A stretch of DNA of 20,000 nucleotides from the IMG/VR virus record IMGVR_UViG_3300032291_003129; one strand, given 5' to 3'. Below, piece after piece: positions 1 through 10,414 of this stretch. Position 1 is the first letter of the stretch. Every line of letters begins with the position of its first letter. Under the pieces are notes generated by a model. That model ran no database searches, had not been told where the DNA came from, and saw only the letters and a program-made list of their open reading frames with translations. This DNA is from an uncultured virus (IMG/VR IMGVR_UViG_3300032291_003129). Its lineage: Duplodnaviria; Heunggongvirae; Uroviricota; Caudoviricetes. Both the position numbers and the translations under genes were made by a program.

Positions 1-123
1 AGTCAGACAGGAGCATCAAGTAGTAAATTTATTGTAGGTGCTCCATTCCAATTTTATTTTGGAACGGTAAAAGGTGCCACAGCATTAGATAAATTCAAAA
101 CAAAATACTCAATAGGTGAATAA
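1..123 (+). CDS. 3' end of an upstream hypothetical (probably virion structural) protein, truncated by the window start
   Basis: Frame 1 is open from base 1: SQTGASSSKFIVGAPFQFYFGTVKGATALDKFKTKYSIGE*, with TAA at 121-123 overlapping the GTG start (116) of the next gene. Not in the ORF track. Confidence 0.8.
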   Translation, partial: SQTGASSSKFIVGAPFQFYFGTVKGATALDKFKTKYSIGE

Positions 124-1810
124 GTATACTATAATACCAAGTAGTCAAGAATATAAGTCAGCACCTTTTGTTGACCAAGAGATTGCGGTTTCATTAGAAG
201 AACAAAGTCAACAAATGGTTGAATATGACAGAAGTCAAAGTATTAGTTTGGCTCAAGTTTTTGACGAGGAAAGACAAGCTTCTACTGTATTCAGACCAAC
301 ATTTAAAGTAAGTTATTTGTATGATAACACCTACACAGGTAGTACTAATTATAATCCATTTTTAAATAATTTATATTATGTTGACCCTGTTAATTCTATG
401 TCAACTAATATATGGAAAGGTTTACCACAATATTATGAATTTGATTTTTATAGACCCAATGTTCAAGACCAACATGTGGACTATAAAGCAATAAGTGCTT
501 ATACGTATAATTGGACTTATTATATGAGTTATGCGTATAGAAACAATTATGATAAACAATTATTTTATACTTTAGATAACAATAATTTAACGTGGACTGC
601 TTCTACAGGTATACCATTTACAATTAATAATTCAGTACAAAATGGTAGTGGATTAATTGCGTTTCAATGTATTGCTCCTCATGGATTGATTGAAGGTGAA
701 TATGTTGAGTTATCGTTTTCATATAATGGAAATAATTTGTTTCAAGTGTTCTCTTTAGGGAATGATAGTTTTGGTAGTGAGATATATGTGTTTAACATTT
801 ATAATCTTGGATATACAGGAACAACATTTGCAAATAGTACGTCAGGAACTTTTAAAAGAGTAATTAACCCTGAAAATATTTTAGAAACAACTTCAAAATA
901 TTATGTTAGAGAACATAAAATACTAACAAATGTTAATGATTGTATTATGACTAAAAATGCGTTTGAAAAAAACGTATATAATGAAGATAAAAAATTTGAA
1001 TATAGTTCAATAACACCTAATAAAGTCTCAAGAATATCTCAAAAGAATAGTAGTAATGTTTATAATATAACAGTTAACTATGATTTAAATTTATTGAATG
1101 TTTTAGATAATCAAAAAAGGCCTGTTAGTGAATTATTCTTAACCGTTATTAATAAAGGCTATACAGGATATTTTAATAAACCTAATAATGGGATTGGTTT
1201 AAAACAAGGATGGGAATTCAATTTAACTAACACGACTAATTCTTGGTGGGATTTGAATAATACTAATTCAAATACAAATATACAAACTTCGGATTACACT
1301 TTAACAAATGGAGCAACCAAAACATTCTATTTCAATCAAGATTTAATGTCGGGTGATACTATTGATGGAGATTTTTGTGAGTGGAATGATTATGAACAAT
1401 TAGAAAGAGTTATATCTCCTTATTATCATAAATTAAAGTATAATGAAGATGTGTTTCAAACAACAAATACTTCAAGTACAAACGCTCCTGGGTATTATTA
1501 TGGGCCGCACCACTCAATGCAAATAAGAGTATTTTCTGATTATATAGAAACTGGCGATTTACAATTTATTGACCAAGTACCAAGTTATTCTTATTACTCA
1601 AGTTCTGACCAAGAATTTAGATGGAGAGAAATATATACTTATGGTTTTATAGACAATCTTGGGAGAGGAGTTAATTATCCATTTTTGAATAGTGCTCAAT
1701 ATCCTTTTGGAGATATTGTATTTAGATTAATACCTGAAGGAATAAATTATAATGCCGATTTACTTGGTATTTCATACCCTTACAAACCGTTAATAGATGG
1801 ATGTGAATAA
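116..1810 (+). CDS. Hypothetical phage structural protein (564 aa), putative baseplate/tail component
   Basis: Long ORF with a GTG start overlapping the upstream stop. Rich in N/T/Y/F (beta-rich virion-like composition). Function inferred from context only. Confidence 0.75.
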   Translation: MNKYTIIPSSQEYKSAPFVDQEIAVSLEEQSQQMVEYDRSQSISLAQVFDEERQASTVFRPTFKVSYLYDNTYTGSTNYNPFLNNLYYVDPVNSMSTNIWKGLPQYYEFDFYRPNVQDQHVDYKAISAYTYNWTYYMSYAYRNNYDKQLFYTLDNNNLTWTASTGIPFTINNSVQNGSGLIAFQCIAPHGLIEGEYVELSFSYNGNNLFQVFSLGNDSFGSEIYVFNIYNLGYTGTTFANSTSGTFKRVINPENILETTSKYYVREHKILTNVNDCIMTKNAFEKNVYNEDKKFEYSSITPNKVSRISQKNSSNVYNITVNYDLNLLNVLDNQKRPVSELFLTVINKGYTGYFNKPNNGIGLKQGWEFNLTNTTNSWWDLNNTNSNTNIQTSDYTLTNGATKTFYFNQDLMSGDTIDGDFCEWNDYEQLERVISPYYHKLKYNEDVFQTTNTSSTNAPGYYYGPHHSMQIRVFSDYIETGDLQFIDQVPSYSYYSSSDQEFRWREIYTYGFIDNLGRGVNYPFLNSAQYPFGDIVFRLIPEGINYNADLLGISYPYKPLIDGCE

Positions 1811-2618
1811 AATACAAATAATGCAGAACGGATTTGTTGATAAACAAATCACAATACCTGTGCAATTAAGTTGGGATTATTTGGGTTTGGACCAAAGTAT
1901 TGATGAATACGAAACAGAAGTCATCACACAAGTTATTGGTGTTGGAAGAGACTTTGAGGTTAGTAGATTTCCACATGCACCTGAATCAGGGGATACTAAT
2001 AATACAGATATTAAATACCAATTTTATTTTTATTCGGGGGGTTCATTGAACGATGAATCTAATTGGAAAGTTGATTATAGAATGGAAGGGTTTACTACTC
2101 AAGAAATTTACTATTATAGTAATGGTTTTTCTAATTCATTTTTTAAATTAGACTTGTATGATAATGTGGACCCAAAAAAACAAACAAATTATATAACAAT
2201 TATATTACCAACACAACAAGGTTTGAAAATGGATGCTCTTATGCAAAGAACACCTGTAACGATTAAAAAACCTGATTATGTTTTGGACTATGTTGGTGAT
2301 AAAGAAGGGTTTTTTATTTATTGGTTGAAGAAAAGAAGATTCTTAGATATTAGCACATTCTTTATGAGCGCAAAGTTTTATGACGCTCAGAAAGGACAAT
2401 TTATCAAAATGATGAATATGCCTCAATCATCTATTTCGGGTGATAAGTACTCTTTTGATAGCTCACAGTTTTTCTATTATAGAGTTGAGTTAGACTATGA
2501 AAAACACAATTATAATGTGTTTAATATGAATAATAACCAAACAATATATGATGCAACTTATCAAAGAGCAGGGACATTGGTACCCATAAAATGGTATGAA
2601 TACGTAAATGCTAACTAA
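1797..2618 (+). CDS. Hypothetical phage structural protein (273 aa)
   Basis: Overlaps the upstream gene by 14 nt and the downstream gene via TAATG. Aromatic-rich; no motif recognised. Confidence 0.75.
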   Translation: MDVNKIQIMQNGFVDKQITIPVQLSWDYLGLDQSIDEYETEVITQVIGVGRDFEVSRFPHAPESGDTNNTDIKYQFYFYSGGSLNDESNWKVDYRMEGFTTQEIYYYSNGFSNSFFKLDLYDNVDPKKQTNYITIILPTQQGLKMDALMQRTPVTIKKPDYVLDYVGDKEGFFIYWLKKRRFLDISTFFMSAKFYDAQKGQFIKMMNMPQSSISGDKYSFDSSQFFYYRVELDYEKHNYNVFNMNNNQTIYDATYQRAGTLVPIKWYEYVNAN

Positions 2619-3700
2619 TGGAAGATTTATATAATATTATAATTTCGCCTGAAACCATTAAGGGGGACCTTTCAACAGTAACTTATAGTGGTGTTTCTGT
2701 AGGAGTTTACTCTGCAATGACTCAAGTTGTCAGCTCAGGTACTGACGGGTCGTCAACATTAACTGGATTAACAATTCCAATTCTAATAAGACAAACCGCG
2801 GTTGATGTAGGGTATTATAGTCCATTTGATGGTGCAATATTACAAAAAGATGTAGTTGCAAATTTCATCTTTTCTTCAACAACATCAAACCCTTATGTTT
2901 ATAATGTATATAACACTTCAAGTGAGTTTCAAAAATTCCTTGACTTATCTGCTTATAAAGTAGATTGGGGTGATAATTCACCAAAACAAACAATTACAAG
3001 TTATACGCCTGATTCACTTAGTCATACATATGCAACGGCTAATGCTCAATATACAATAGTTTTAGAACAAACAAATCCATGGGGTGTAACAAAAGTTGCT
3101 AAGACAATTACAACACCATATGAGAATGTTGTGATTAATAATCCAAATGGAGAAGCATTCTTTATACCTGCAGGTGGTAATTGGTTGAATACGCCAATAA
3201 GTTATGATTACATATTCTCAGGAGATGCTGTTAATGAAATTTCCGCCCAAACCTCAAACAATTATGTGACGGTCCCATTTACAATATCAGGACTAACCAA
3301 GTCAAGAATAACTGAATTAGCTTTATACGGTACTCCAAAATATCAAGTAGGTGTTCCTGTAATTAAGAATGGTCAAATATGGGGAGCTATCAGTGATATG
3401 AATTTAATATTTACAGCATATACTGTTCAAGAAGTTAACTACTATGACTATAATGATGGTACAACAATATTTTTTGAACAATCTTCAGGATTTACTCAAA
3501 ATAATTTATCACAAAGACCAATAACAAAAGAGGAAGTTTTATTGAGGGTTATTGACCAACCACAGATACAAACTAATGTTTTTGTAGAGAGAGGAAAGAA
3601 TTCAGCATACGAAAGAATTCAAAGATTAGGTGAGGTTGATAATTTGGGTGATATGATAAACTATGGGTATAGTTTTTTTAATGTTACGAAAAAAGAATAA
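2618..3700 (+). CDS. Phage structural protein with a PKD/Ig-like domain (360 aa)
   Basis: YKVDWGDNSP...SLSHTYATANAQYTIVLEQTNPWG resembles the PKD signature (W-D/x-F/W-G-D-G...H-T-Y...Y-T-V-x-L...N-x-x-G). TAATG coupling to the upstream gene. Confidence 0.65.
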   Translation: MEDLYNIIISPETIKGDLSTVTYSGVSVGVYSAMTQVVSSGTDGSSTLTGLTIPILIRQTAVDVGYYSPFDGAILQKDVVANFIFSSTTSNPYVYNVYNTSSEFQKFLDLSAYKVDWGDNSPKQTITSYTPDSLSHTYATANAQYTIVLEQTNPWGVTKVAKTITTPYENVVINNPNGEAFFIPAGGNWLNTPISYDYIFSGDAVNEISAQTSNNYVTVPFTISGLTKSRITELALYGTPKYQVGVPVIKNGQIWGAISDMNLIFTAYTVQEVNYYDYNDGTTIFFEQSSGFTQNNLSQRPITKEEVLLRVIDQPQIQTNVFVERGKNSAYERIQRLGEVDNLGDMINYGYSFFNVTKKE

Positions 3701-3704
3701 AGGG

Positions 3705-3712
3705 TATTTATA
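3705..3712 (+). promoter_or_regulatory. TATTTATA intergenic motif (putative phage late promoter)
   Basis: Lies in the 17-nt gap 5 nt before the HNH ATG. The same motif recurs in three other intergenic gaps. Confidence 0.5.
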
Positions 3713-3717
3713 AGAAT

Positions 3718-4383
3718 ATGAAAGTTTGTAATAAATGTAATACTGAAAAAACTTTAGAAGATTTTACTTATCGTAAAGATACTGAACAATATGAAAGTAT
3801 ATGTTGTGATTGTGTTAAACAATATAATAGAGAATACTATATCAAAAATAAAAAAAAAATAATAGATAGAAGTAATTTATATTATAAAGAAAATACTCAA
3901 AATGTTTTGAGAGTTACAAAAAAATATAGAGAAAATAATATTGAGAAAGTAAAACAAAGAAAGTCAGATTATCATATTAAAAATAGTGAAAAGATTAAAG
4001 AAAAAACTAAAAATTGGCGAAAAGAAAATAAAGAAAAAAGAAATAAAACAGAAAGAGAGAGACGAAAAAATAATACTTCACATAAATTAGTTCATTATTT
4101 AAGAGTAAGAACTAATTTTTATATTAAAAAAATGAATATAAGTAAATGTAATCCATCATTAAAAATTATTGGGTGTTCTCCTGAGTTTCTTAAAGAATAT
4201 ATTGAAAAAAAATTTACAGATGGAATGTGTTGGGATAGAATGGGAAAAGAGATACATATTGACCATATAATTCCATTATCTTCTGCTAAATCTGAAGACG
4301 AGATTTATAAATTGTGTCATTATACAAATCTTCAACCTTTATGGGCTGAAGACAATTTAAAAAAAAGTAATAAAATATTATAA
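3718..4383 (+). CDS. Free-standing HNH (homing) endonuclease with N-terminal zinc finger (221 aa)
   Basis: N-terminal CNKC...CCDC, a K/R/E-rich helical middle, and C-terminal HIDHIIPLSS...HYTNLQPLWAEDNLKKSNK (HNH core). Markedly more A-rich and basic than its neighbours. Confidence 0.88.
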   Translation: MKVCNKCNTEKTLEDFTYRKDTEQYESICCDCVKQYNREYYIKNKKKIIDRSNLYYKENTQNVLRVTKKYRENNIEKVKQRKSDYHIKNSEKIKEKTKNWRKENKEKRNKTERERRKNNTSHKLVHYLRVRTNFYIKKMNISKCNPSLKIIGCSPEFLKEYIEKKFTDGMCWDRMGKEIHIDHIIPLSSAKSEDEIYKLCHYTNLQPLWAEDNLKKSNKIL

Positions 4384-4392
4384 AGAAAAAAA

Positions 4393-5301
4393 ATGGCAAT
4401 AGGTTCATATGGTACTATAAGACCTTCAGACGTAAGTCCTGAAGATGTACAAATTTTGTTAAATTACACACCATCAAGAGATGTTACGGATAACTTTGTC
4501 CTTACTGAACTTGATGCTCAAACTATATTAAAACCTTATTTCAATAATACTGAAACAGGAGGTAATGCTGGCGTTGAGGTTCTTGGTGGATTATATAATT
4601 TAACATTACCTGCGGAACAATTCAATGCTCTTGGATTCTACACACTTTATTTAAGACCCGCACAAATTAGAACTGTAATTACAGATTGCGGAGTGTTGAG
4701 TGCATTACCGAACGTAAAAGGAATTATAATTGATGTTACTAATGTACCTGTACAATATCAAAATAAATTTGTACCTCAAGGTTTAGTAGGGTTTAGAATT
4801 GAGTATTTAAATTCCGATGGGTCAAAAATACCTAACTTCTTTAGAGTTGTTACATCATCTTTCTTTTGTGAGCCAGTAGTAATTAATGAAGTTAATACAA
4901 CACAAAAATCTGTGAGATATAGATATGTTGATGGCACATCTAATTTAATTTTCTTAACACTTTCACCATCATCTTCACCAACAAATAAGCCAAACGCAAC
5001 ACCGTATATTGGACAACCAAGTCAGAATATTATCATAACTAATACATTCTTCAATCCTGTAACATTAGAGGTTGAAATGGTTGAATACGATATTTCATCT
5101 CTTGCAATTGCTCTTTATGGTAATCAAACTAAGTCTATTGATGATGGTATCTACACAATTTACGATAGTGAAGATAACATCTACAGACAATACAACTTGT
5201 ATGAGATTAGAGACCAATTTAACGCATTATTGTATGAGGTTAGACAGAGTAGAGGAAATAATATTGATTTCAGTAAAAACTTCACAAATATAACCACTTA
5301 A
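4393..5301 (+). CDS. Hypothetical phage structural protein (302 aa), putative baseplate component
   Basis: Clean ORF with an A-rich leader, coupled by TAATG to the gpI-like gene. No motif recognised. Confidence 0.75.
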   Translation: MAIGSYGTIRPSDVSPEDVQILLNYTPSRDVTDNFVLTELDAQTILKPYFNNTETGGNAGVEVLGGLYNLTLPAEQFNALGFYTLYLRPAQIRTVITDCGVLSALPNVKGIIIDVTNVPVQYQNKFVPQGLVGFRIEYLNSDGSKIPNFFRVVTSSFFCEPVVINEVNTTQKSVRYRYVDGTSNLIFLTLSPSSSPTNKPNATPYIGQPSQNIIITNTFFNPVTLEVEMVEYDISSLAIALYGNQTKSIDDGIYTIYDSEDNIYRQYNLYEIRDQFNALLYEVRQSRGNNIDFSKNFTNITT

Positions 5302-8279
5302 TGGCAACATCAAGAACTAAATATTTTTATCCACCTAGACCAGGAAGCGGTGCGGGTACATTTTCTGACAACATTGTAGGTTTACAAACCGTTGAAGGTG
5401 GTGGACTTACGCAAGGAAATTTTGAGTTTACTACAGGTGTTACTGAAAAAGTTAATAGAAAATTCAATGTAGGAGCGTTCTCGGAACCAATCTCATTGGA
5501 TATGTTGAACATTGACAGTTTAGAGGAGAGTAGAAGAATTTTATCAACTCAATTCAGAGTATATCCTAATTATGATGTCAGCCAAGTTCTGAATTTTTCA
5601 ATGTATGGTTCATTGGCAAAAAGATTCAGTGTATCTATTACTCAAATCATTAACTATTTTCCAGCGTCGTTAGATGTTGTTTTTAATAGTTCAGACTATA
5701 CGACAGGAGACACTGCGATTAATATTTCATATGATGTTCAGAATGATGAAACTTACTTCCAAGTTAATGTTAATAGAATTAACAATCCGTTTGATATAGA
5801 TTATTCTTTGAGTGCGGCAACAAATCTTTCTGCAAGAGAATTACAAGTTTCTCCTTACAGAGATTTATATGCAACTTACTTAGATTATTGTATTAGTATA
5901 AATGATAACATATATAATGTATTATCATTTGCACCATCTGATACTTTATCTTCGGGTTACTTAACATTTTATGTTTCAGGTGCTCCATTTGGAACAACGG
6001 CAAGTACAATTAATGATGACTTCCAAATTAGACCAAATGATTTTATAGTTGATAAAGTATTTGCCGAGACGTTTAATGAAGTTGAAAAGTTTTTAGTTAA
6101 TAGATTAATAAGACCTGAGTATACTGCAATATTTCAAGTACCTCAACAAAATGAATATGGTCAAGTATATACTGACTATCAACAAGTAACATGGCCAAAA
6201 AATGGACCTTGGAATTTAGATATTAGGTCTTTCTTATTTGATAGATACTTGGAAGAAATTCAAGCAATTGCAATTAACTTAGATGAATTTAAAACCAATT
6301 TAATTTCAAGATTTTTAGTGACAGATTCATTAAAAGAATTTGATACTTTAGGGCATAAAGTAGAAAAAATATTCCAAATATATGGTAGAAGTTTTGACCA
6401 AATAAAACAATTCGTTGATGGATTGGCTTACATGACTTCGGTTAATTATAATCCTTCAAATGATATCCCGTCAGAGTTATTGGTTAATTTGGCAAGAACT
6501 TTAGGTTGGTCATCAAATTTTTCACCAATAACTAATGAGGATTTCTTAGGGTCAGTCTTTGGTAATACAAATACTCCAACTTACCCTGGATATGCAAGAG
6601 CCTTAACACCAACGGAATTAAACTACTCGTTTTATAGAAATTTAATATTAAATGCTTCTTATTTGTTTAAGTCAAAAGGAACAAGAAGGTCTATTGAATT
6701 TTTATTAAGATTGATAGGTGCGCCTGATTCATTGATTGAATTTAATGAACATATTTATTTGGCTGACCAAAAAATTAATTTGGACCAATTCTATACTCAA
6801 TGGGCTCAAATATCTGGTGGTACTTATGTTGAACAAAGTCCAAGTTATTTGACCAATGACACATTTAAAGTTAAAGGGCAATTATTTACAGCATTTACTG
6901 CAACATCATCTTATCAAGATACAAGTATTAGATTAGTTGATTATCCTATGGATATTGAAGGTTATCCAAAAGCGCCACTTAACACTGAAACTTATTTTTT
7001 CCAAATAGGTTCAGGTTGGTATGAAGAAACACCACAACATAGAAGCCCTGATGAAGTGGTAATTACTGGTGCGGTTTTTACAGGTCAAAACTTTGATATT
7101 CAAACACAATTAATGCCGTTTACTTATGGTCAAACATATTTGAATAGATTTAGAAATTTTCCATATATGAATGAAGGTTTCAAACTTCAAAAAGTTGTGG
7201 ATAATAATAAATCATGGTTACAAGACGATAATAAAATTAGAGTATCAACACAAGGAGACTACAACGCTTATTATTATGTTGATAATGAGAAATTAGTTTT
7301 AAATGTCAAGAATGTTGATTTGTTTTTAAATCCTGCTCAAGGTATTGTTTACGATGTGTGGGATGAATCAAGAAGATATGACTATCCGATACCTGAATCA
7401 GGTTTAACGGTTGGATATCCCGTGCCAGGTGGTGTGGATTGGACATATATTAATCCTGAACCAAAGAAGAAAACATTCTTTGAGTTTTCTCAAACTTTTT
7501 GGGAGAATATGATTAATGTAAGAAACAGACAATACATTTCGGATGGTAAGACTGGAGGGTATCCAACACTTCAATCTATTTTTTGGAAATATATTGAATC
7601 TGAACAAACAGTGGGATTGCCAAACAATCAATATACATATCAAAAGTTAATTGACTATGTGAATGGTATTGGTCCTTATTGGTTAAAGTTAGTCGAACAA
7701 ATGATGCCTGCAACTACCATTTGGCAAGGGGGAATAAAATTAGAAAATAACGTATTCAACAAACAAAAATTTGTTTATAGAAGACAAAGAGGTTGTCAAT
7801 TCATACCAGTTCCCGTTGACCCATGTTATATTATATCAAACATATTTGATTATACATGTTCAACAGAATATGTTGACTTCTTTATCTATCCTTGGTTGAA
7901 CGGTGATGTTACGGTATCTAACTTTAGTAGTATATTAGTTAATAGAGTGAATAATATGTTGGCATCAAGTGGATTAACTTTAAGTCAATGTGTTGAAAAC
8001 TCAATCGCAACTAATTGGTATGTAGATTTAAGAATTGGAACTGATGTTATTATTCAAAGTTCATTCTATAATGGATATGGATTAACTGATGTACCTACAA
8101 ATTCTCAATGGAGAACTGCATTGATTAATTATTTACCTAATATATATGAATATGGCTATACATATTTCCTAAATGGTAATACATTAACCATAACTAACTT
8201 AACTTGCCAACCTCAAAATTTACAAGAGACTGTTTATTTAAATGTTGGGATAAATATTAATATAGATTGTACTAACTAA
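5301..8279 (+). CDS. Putative baseplate wedge protein (P2 gpI / Tail_P2_I-like core; 992 aa)
   Basis: PSELLVNLARTLGW...FYRNLILNASYLFKSKGTRRSIEFLLRLIG (KGT at 6675-6683) and a later LVEQMMPATT match the L-x-x-LA...KGT...PA pattern of gpI-like wedge proteins of contractile tails. Confidence 0.62.
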   Translation: MATSRTKYFYPPRPGSGAGTFSDNIVGLQTVEGGGLTQGNFEFTTGVTEKVNRKFNVGAFSEPISLDMLNIDSLEESRRILSTQFRVYPNYDVSQVLNFSMYGSLAKRFSVSITQIINYFPASLDVVFNSSDYTTGDTAINISYDVQNDETYFQVNVNRINNPFDIDYSLSAATNLSARELQVSPYRDLYATYLDYCISINDNIYNVLSFAPSDTLSSGYLTFYVSGAPFGTTASTINDDFQIRPNDFIVDKVFAETFNEVEKFLVNRLIRPEYTAIFQVPQQNEYGQVYTDYQQVTWPKNGPWNLDIRSFLFDRYLEEIQAIAINLDEFKTNLISRFLVTDSLKEFDTLGHKVEKIFQIYGRSFDQIKQFVDGLAYMTSVNYNPSNDIPSELLVNLARTLGWSSNFSPITNEDFLGSVFGNTNTPTYPGYARALTPTELNYSFYRNLILNASYLFKSKGTRRSIEFLLRLIGAPDSLIEFNEHIYLADQKINLDQFYTQWAQISGGTYVEQSPSYLTNDTFKVKGQLFTAFTATSSYQDTSIRLVDYPMDIEGYPKAPLNTETYFFQIGSGWYEETPQHRSPDEVVITGAVFTGQNFDIQTQLMPFTYGQTYLNRFRNFPYMNEGFKLQKVVDNNKSWLQDDNKIRVSTQGDYNAYYYVDNEKLVLNVKNVDLFLNPAQGIVYDVWDESRRYDYPIPESGLTVGYPVPGGVDWTYINPEPKKKTFFEFSQTFWENMINVRNRQYISDGKTGGYPTLQSIFWKYIESEQTVGLPNNQYTYQKLIDYVNGIGPYWLKLVEQMMPATTIWQGGIKLENNVFNKQKFVYRRQRGCQFIPVPVDPCYIISNIFDYTCSTEYVDFFIYPWLNGDVTVSNFSSILVNRVNNMLASSGLTLSQCVENSIATNWYVDLRIGTDVIIQSSFYNGYGLTDVPTNSQWRTALINYLPNIYEYGYTYFLNGNTLTITNLTCQPQNLQETVYLNVGININIDCTN

Positions 8280-8281
8280 TA

Positions 8282-10414
8282 ATGGCAGATTTTAATTATA
8301 TTATATCGGTAACGGGTGATTGTCAATCAAATAGTGTTGGTGCTATGTCATTATCCTATACAGGAGGTACAGACCCGTATACTACTGAATGGGTATTACC
8401 TTATATCACATACACAGCAACAACAAATCCTGCGGTTTTAACTAATTTAAGTGCTGATACATACGTTCTTAGGGTTAATGATAGTACTTTACCTATAAAC
8501 CAAGAATTTTTCATTAACGTTCCAATATCAAGTGGAGTTTGTTCAAGCATTACTGCGGTACAAGGTACGACTTGTTCGTTGGATAACGGTTCTGTTACTG
8601 GTACATCTACATCAGAGTATTCCTCAACAAATTATTATCTTTATTTTGCGGATAATACTTATATTACCTCTGCAACAACTAATACATCATATATTTCCTT
8701 TGGAAATTTAACTGCAGGAACTTATTACATGACAGTTGAAGATTTAGGAGGATGTTCAGGTACAACTTCTGATTTTATAATTGAAGATTCGGACCCATTA
8801 AGTTATGGTTTATATGTTGTACCAAATTCAAGTTGTGGTGGAACTTCAATTGGTAAGATTTTTGTTACGGGAGTAACGGGTCATGCACCATATACTTATT
8901 TGTGGAATACAGGACAATCAGGCAGTACAATTACAGGATTAACAAGTGGAAATTATTCGGTTCAAGTAACAGATAATTACGGTTGTACATTAACTCAAGA
9001 TGCATATATTGCTGATGTTTCTCCAATTGGCCTAAGACCATTCCAAGCAACACAGCCTAGTTGTTTTTCATCTGATGGTACAATAACTGTTCAAATTACT
9101 GGAGGAACTGCGCCATATTATTATTCAGCATCAACTGGAAATATTTTTATAGGTTATCCTCAAACATGGACACTATCAGGTTTATCTGCGGGGCAATATA
9201 ACTTTCAAGTTACGGATGCTGCGTTATGTACTGTTATTGGTGGTACTACTTTAGAAACACCTCAAGGAATCGCTTCATTAAACATAAGTGCTCAAGGGTC
9301 AACTTGCTCAAGCTCAGGAGGTACAATTACTGTTTCAGTTATTGGAGGAACAACTCCATATGTTTATACTTTAATATATCCAAATGGAAATACGGTTAAT
9401 GTTAATAATACACAAACAACCCAAGTATTTTCAAATTTGAGTACTGGTACATATACTGTGGCTGTTGCAGATGCCGTTGGTTGTTCATACATGCAAGAAG
9501 TAACTTTATTTGCAACCAATACTTTTACAATATCAACACAAGTAACAGGAACAACTTGTAACCAAAATAATGGTACTATTTTGGTAACAAAAACTACGGG
9601 TGGTACTTCACCTTTTACCTATACTTTAGATGGAAATGTAAGTGTATTAGATACTGCTTTATCTGCTATAACATTTAATAATGTTGCGGGTGGACAACAT
9701 ACAGTAACTGTATCAGACGCTACGGGATGTACTCAAACAACTCAAGTATATGTTGGGCAAAGTGTTCCTTTAGATTTTATATTATATAAAACATCTTGTG
9801 GTACAGGTTCAAGTGGTAGTTTGACGGCATTTATTTCATCAGGTACTCCACCATATACATTTAATTGGTCAAGTAATGTTTCAAGTAATCCTCAACAAAT
9901 TCAAGTAACAGGATTAACCGCTGGAACATATAGTTTAACTGTAGTTGACAATGCAGGTTGTTCTTTGAAAAGAACAAGTATTATTGATTGTGACGAGACT
10001 TACGTATCGTATCAAACTTACGTTATGGGTTCTGAGAAATTCAATGTTGAATCATTAACTAAGTATGGTTTATCACAAATGTTGAATGAAGGATTTAATG
10101 ATTTAACTTCAGGTAATACAAGTTGTGGTTTAGTGACTGCAACATTTGGAGTTAAAATTTCTGTTAATCCTTTAGGTACGACTGCAAGTTCAAATTTCTT
10201 TACAACAACTTCATTAGTTACTGCGCCAACAGACAATCAGTATTATGATACTGTGAAAAATTTATTAAGTACAATATCGGGTATCGGAAATATAATTGTT
10301 GACGATTCCAATAACCAAATAACTATTGAAACAAATCCTGGTGACACATCATTAAATGGACAAGAAATTGTTGTGGATTTAACAATAGTATATGACATTA
10401 TGTGTATATCATGA
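8282..10414 (+). CDS. SprB-repeat-containing virion protein (710 aa; about 7 Ig-like repeats plus a ~140-aa C-terminal domain)
   Basis: Repeated C...G-x-I-x-V...GG-T-x-P-Y-x-Y/W...G/N-L-x-A-G-x-Y-x-V-x-V-x-D-x-x-G-C units, e.g. SGTPPYTFNWS...TGLTAGTYSLTVVDNAGC. No evident signal peptide. Confidence 0.78.
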   Translation: MADFNYIISVTGDCQSNSVGAMSLSYTGGTDPYTTEWVLPYITYTATTNPAVLTNLSADTYVLRVNDSTLPINQEFFINVPISSGVCSSITAVQGTTCSLDNGSVTGTSTSEYSSTNYYLYFADNTYITSATTNTSYISFGNLTAGTYYMTVEDLGGCSGTTSDFIIEDSDPLSYGLYVVPNSSCGGTSIGKIFVTGVTGHAPYTYLWNTGQSGSTITGLTSGNYSVQVTDNYGCTLTQDAYIADVSPIGLRPFQATQPSCFSSDGTITVQITGGTAPYYYSASTGNIFIGYPQTWTLSGLSAGQYNFQVTDAALCTVIGGTTLETPQGIASLNISAQGSTCSSSGGTITVSVIGGTTPYVYTLIYPNGNTVNVNNTQTTQVFSNLSTGTYTVAVADAVGCSYMQEVTLFATNTFTISTQVTGTTCNQNNGTILVTKTTGGTSPFTYTLDGNVSVLDTALSAITFNNVAGGQHTVTVSDATGCTQTTQVYVGQSVPLDFILYKTSCGTGSSGSLTAFISSGTPPYTFNWSSNVSSNPQQIQVTGLTAGTYSLTVVDNAGCSLKRTSIIDCDETYVSYQTYVMGSEKFNVESLTKYGLSQMLNEGFNDLTSGNTSCGLVTATFGVKISVNPLGTTASSNFFTTTSLVTAPTDNQYYDTVKNLLSTISGIGNIIVDDSNNQITIETNPGDTSLNGQEIVVDLTIVYDIMCIS

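Noticed and set aside
3850..3859. A10 homopolymer in the HNH gene as a phase-variation or frameshift site
   Set aside because: It is explained by consecutive Lys codons in a very A-rich gene, and the frame is intact.
10402..10410. GTG start at 10402 for the small gene
   Set aside because: The ATG at 10411 gives the canonical ATGA overlap and is more plausible.
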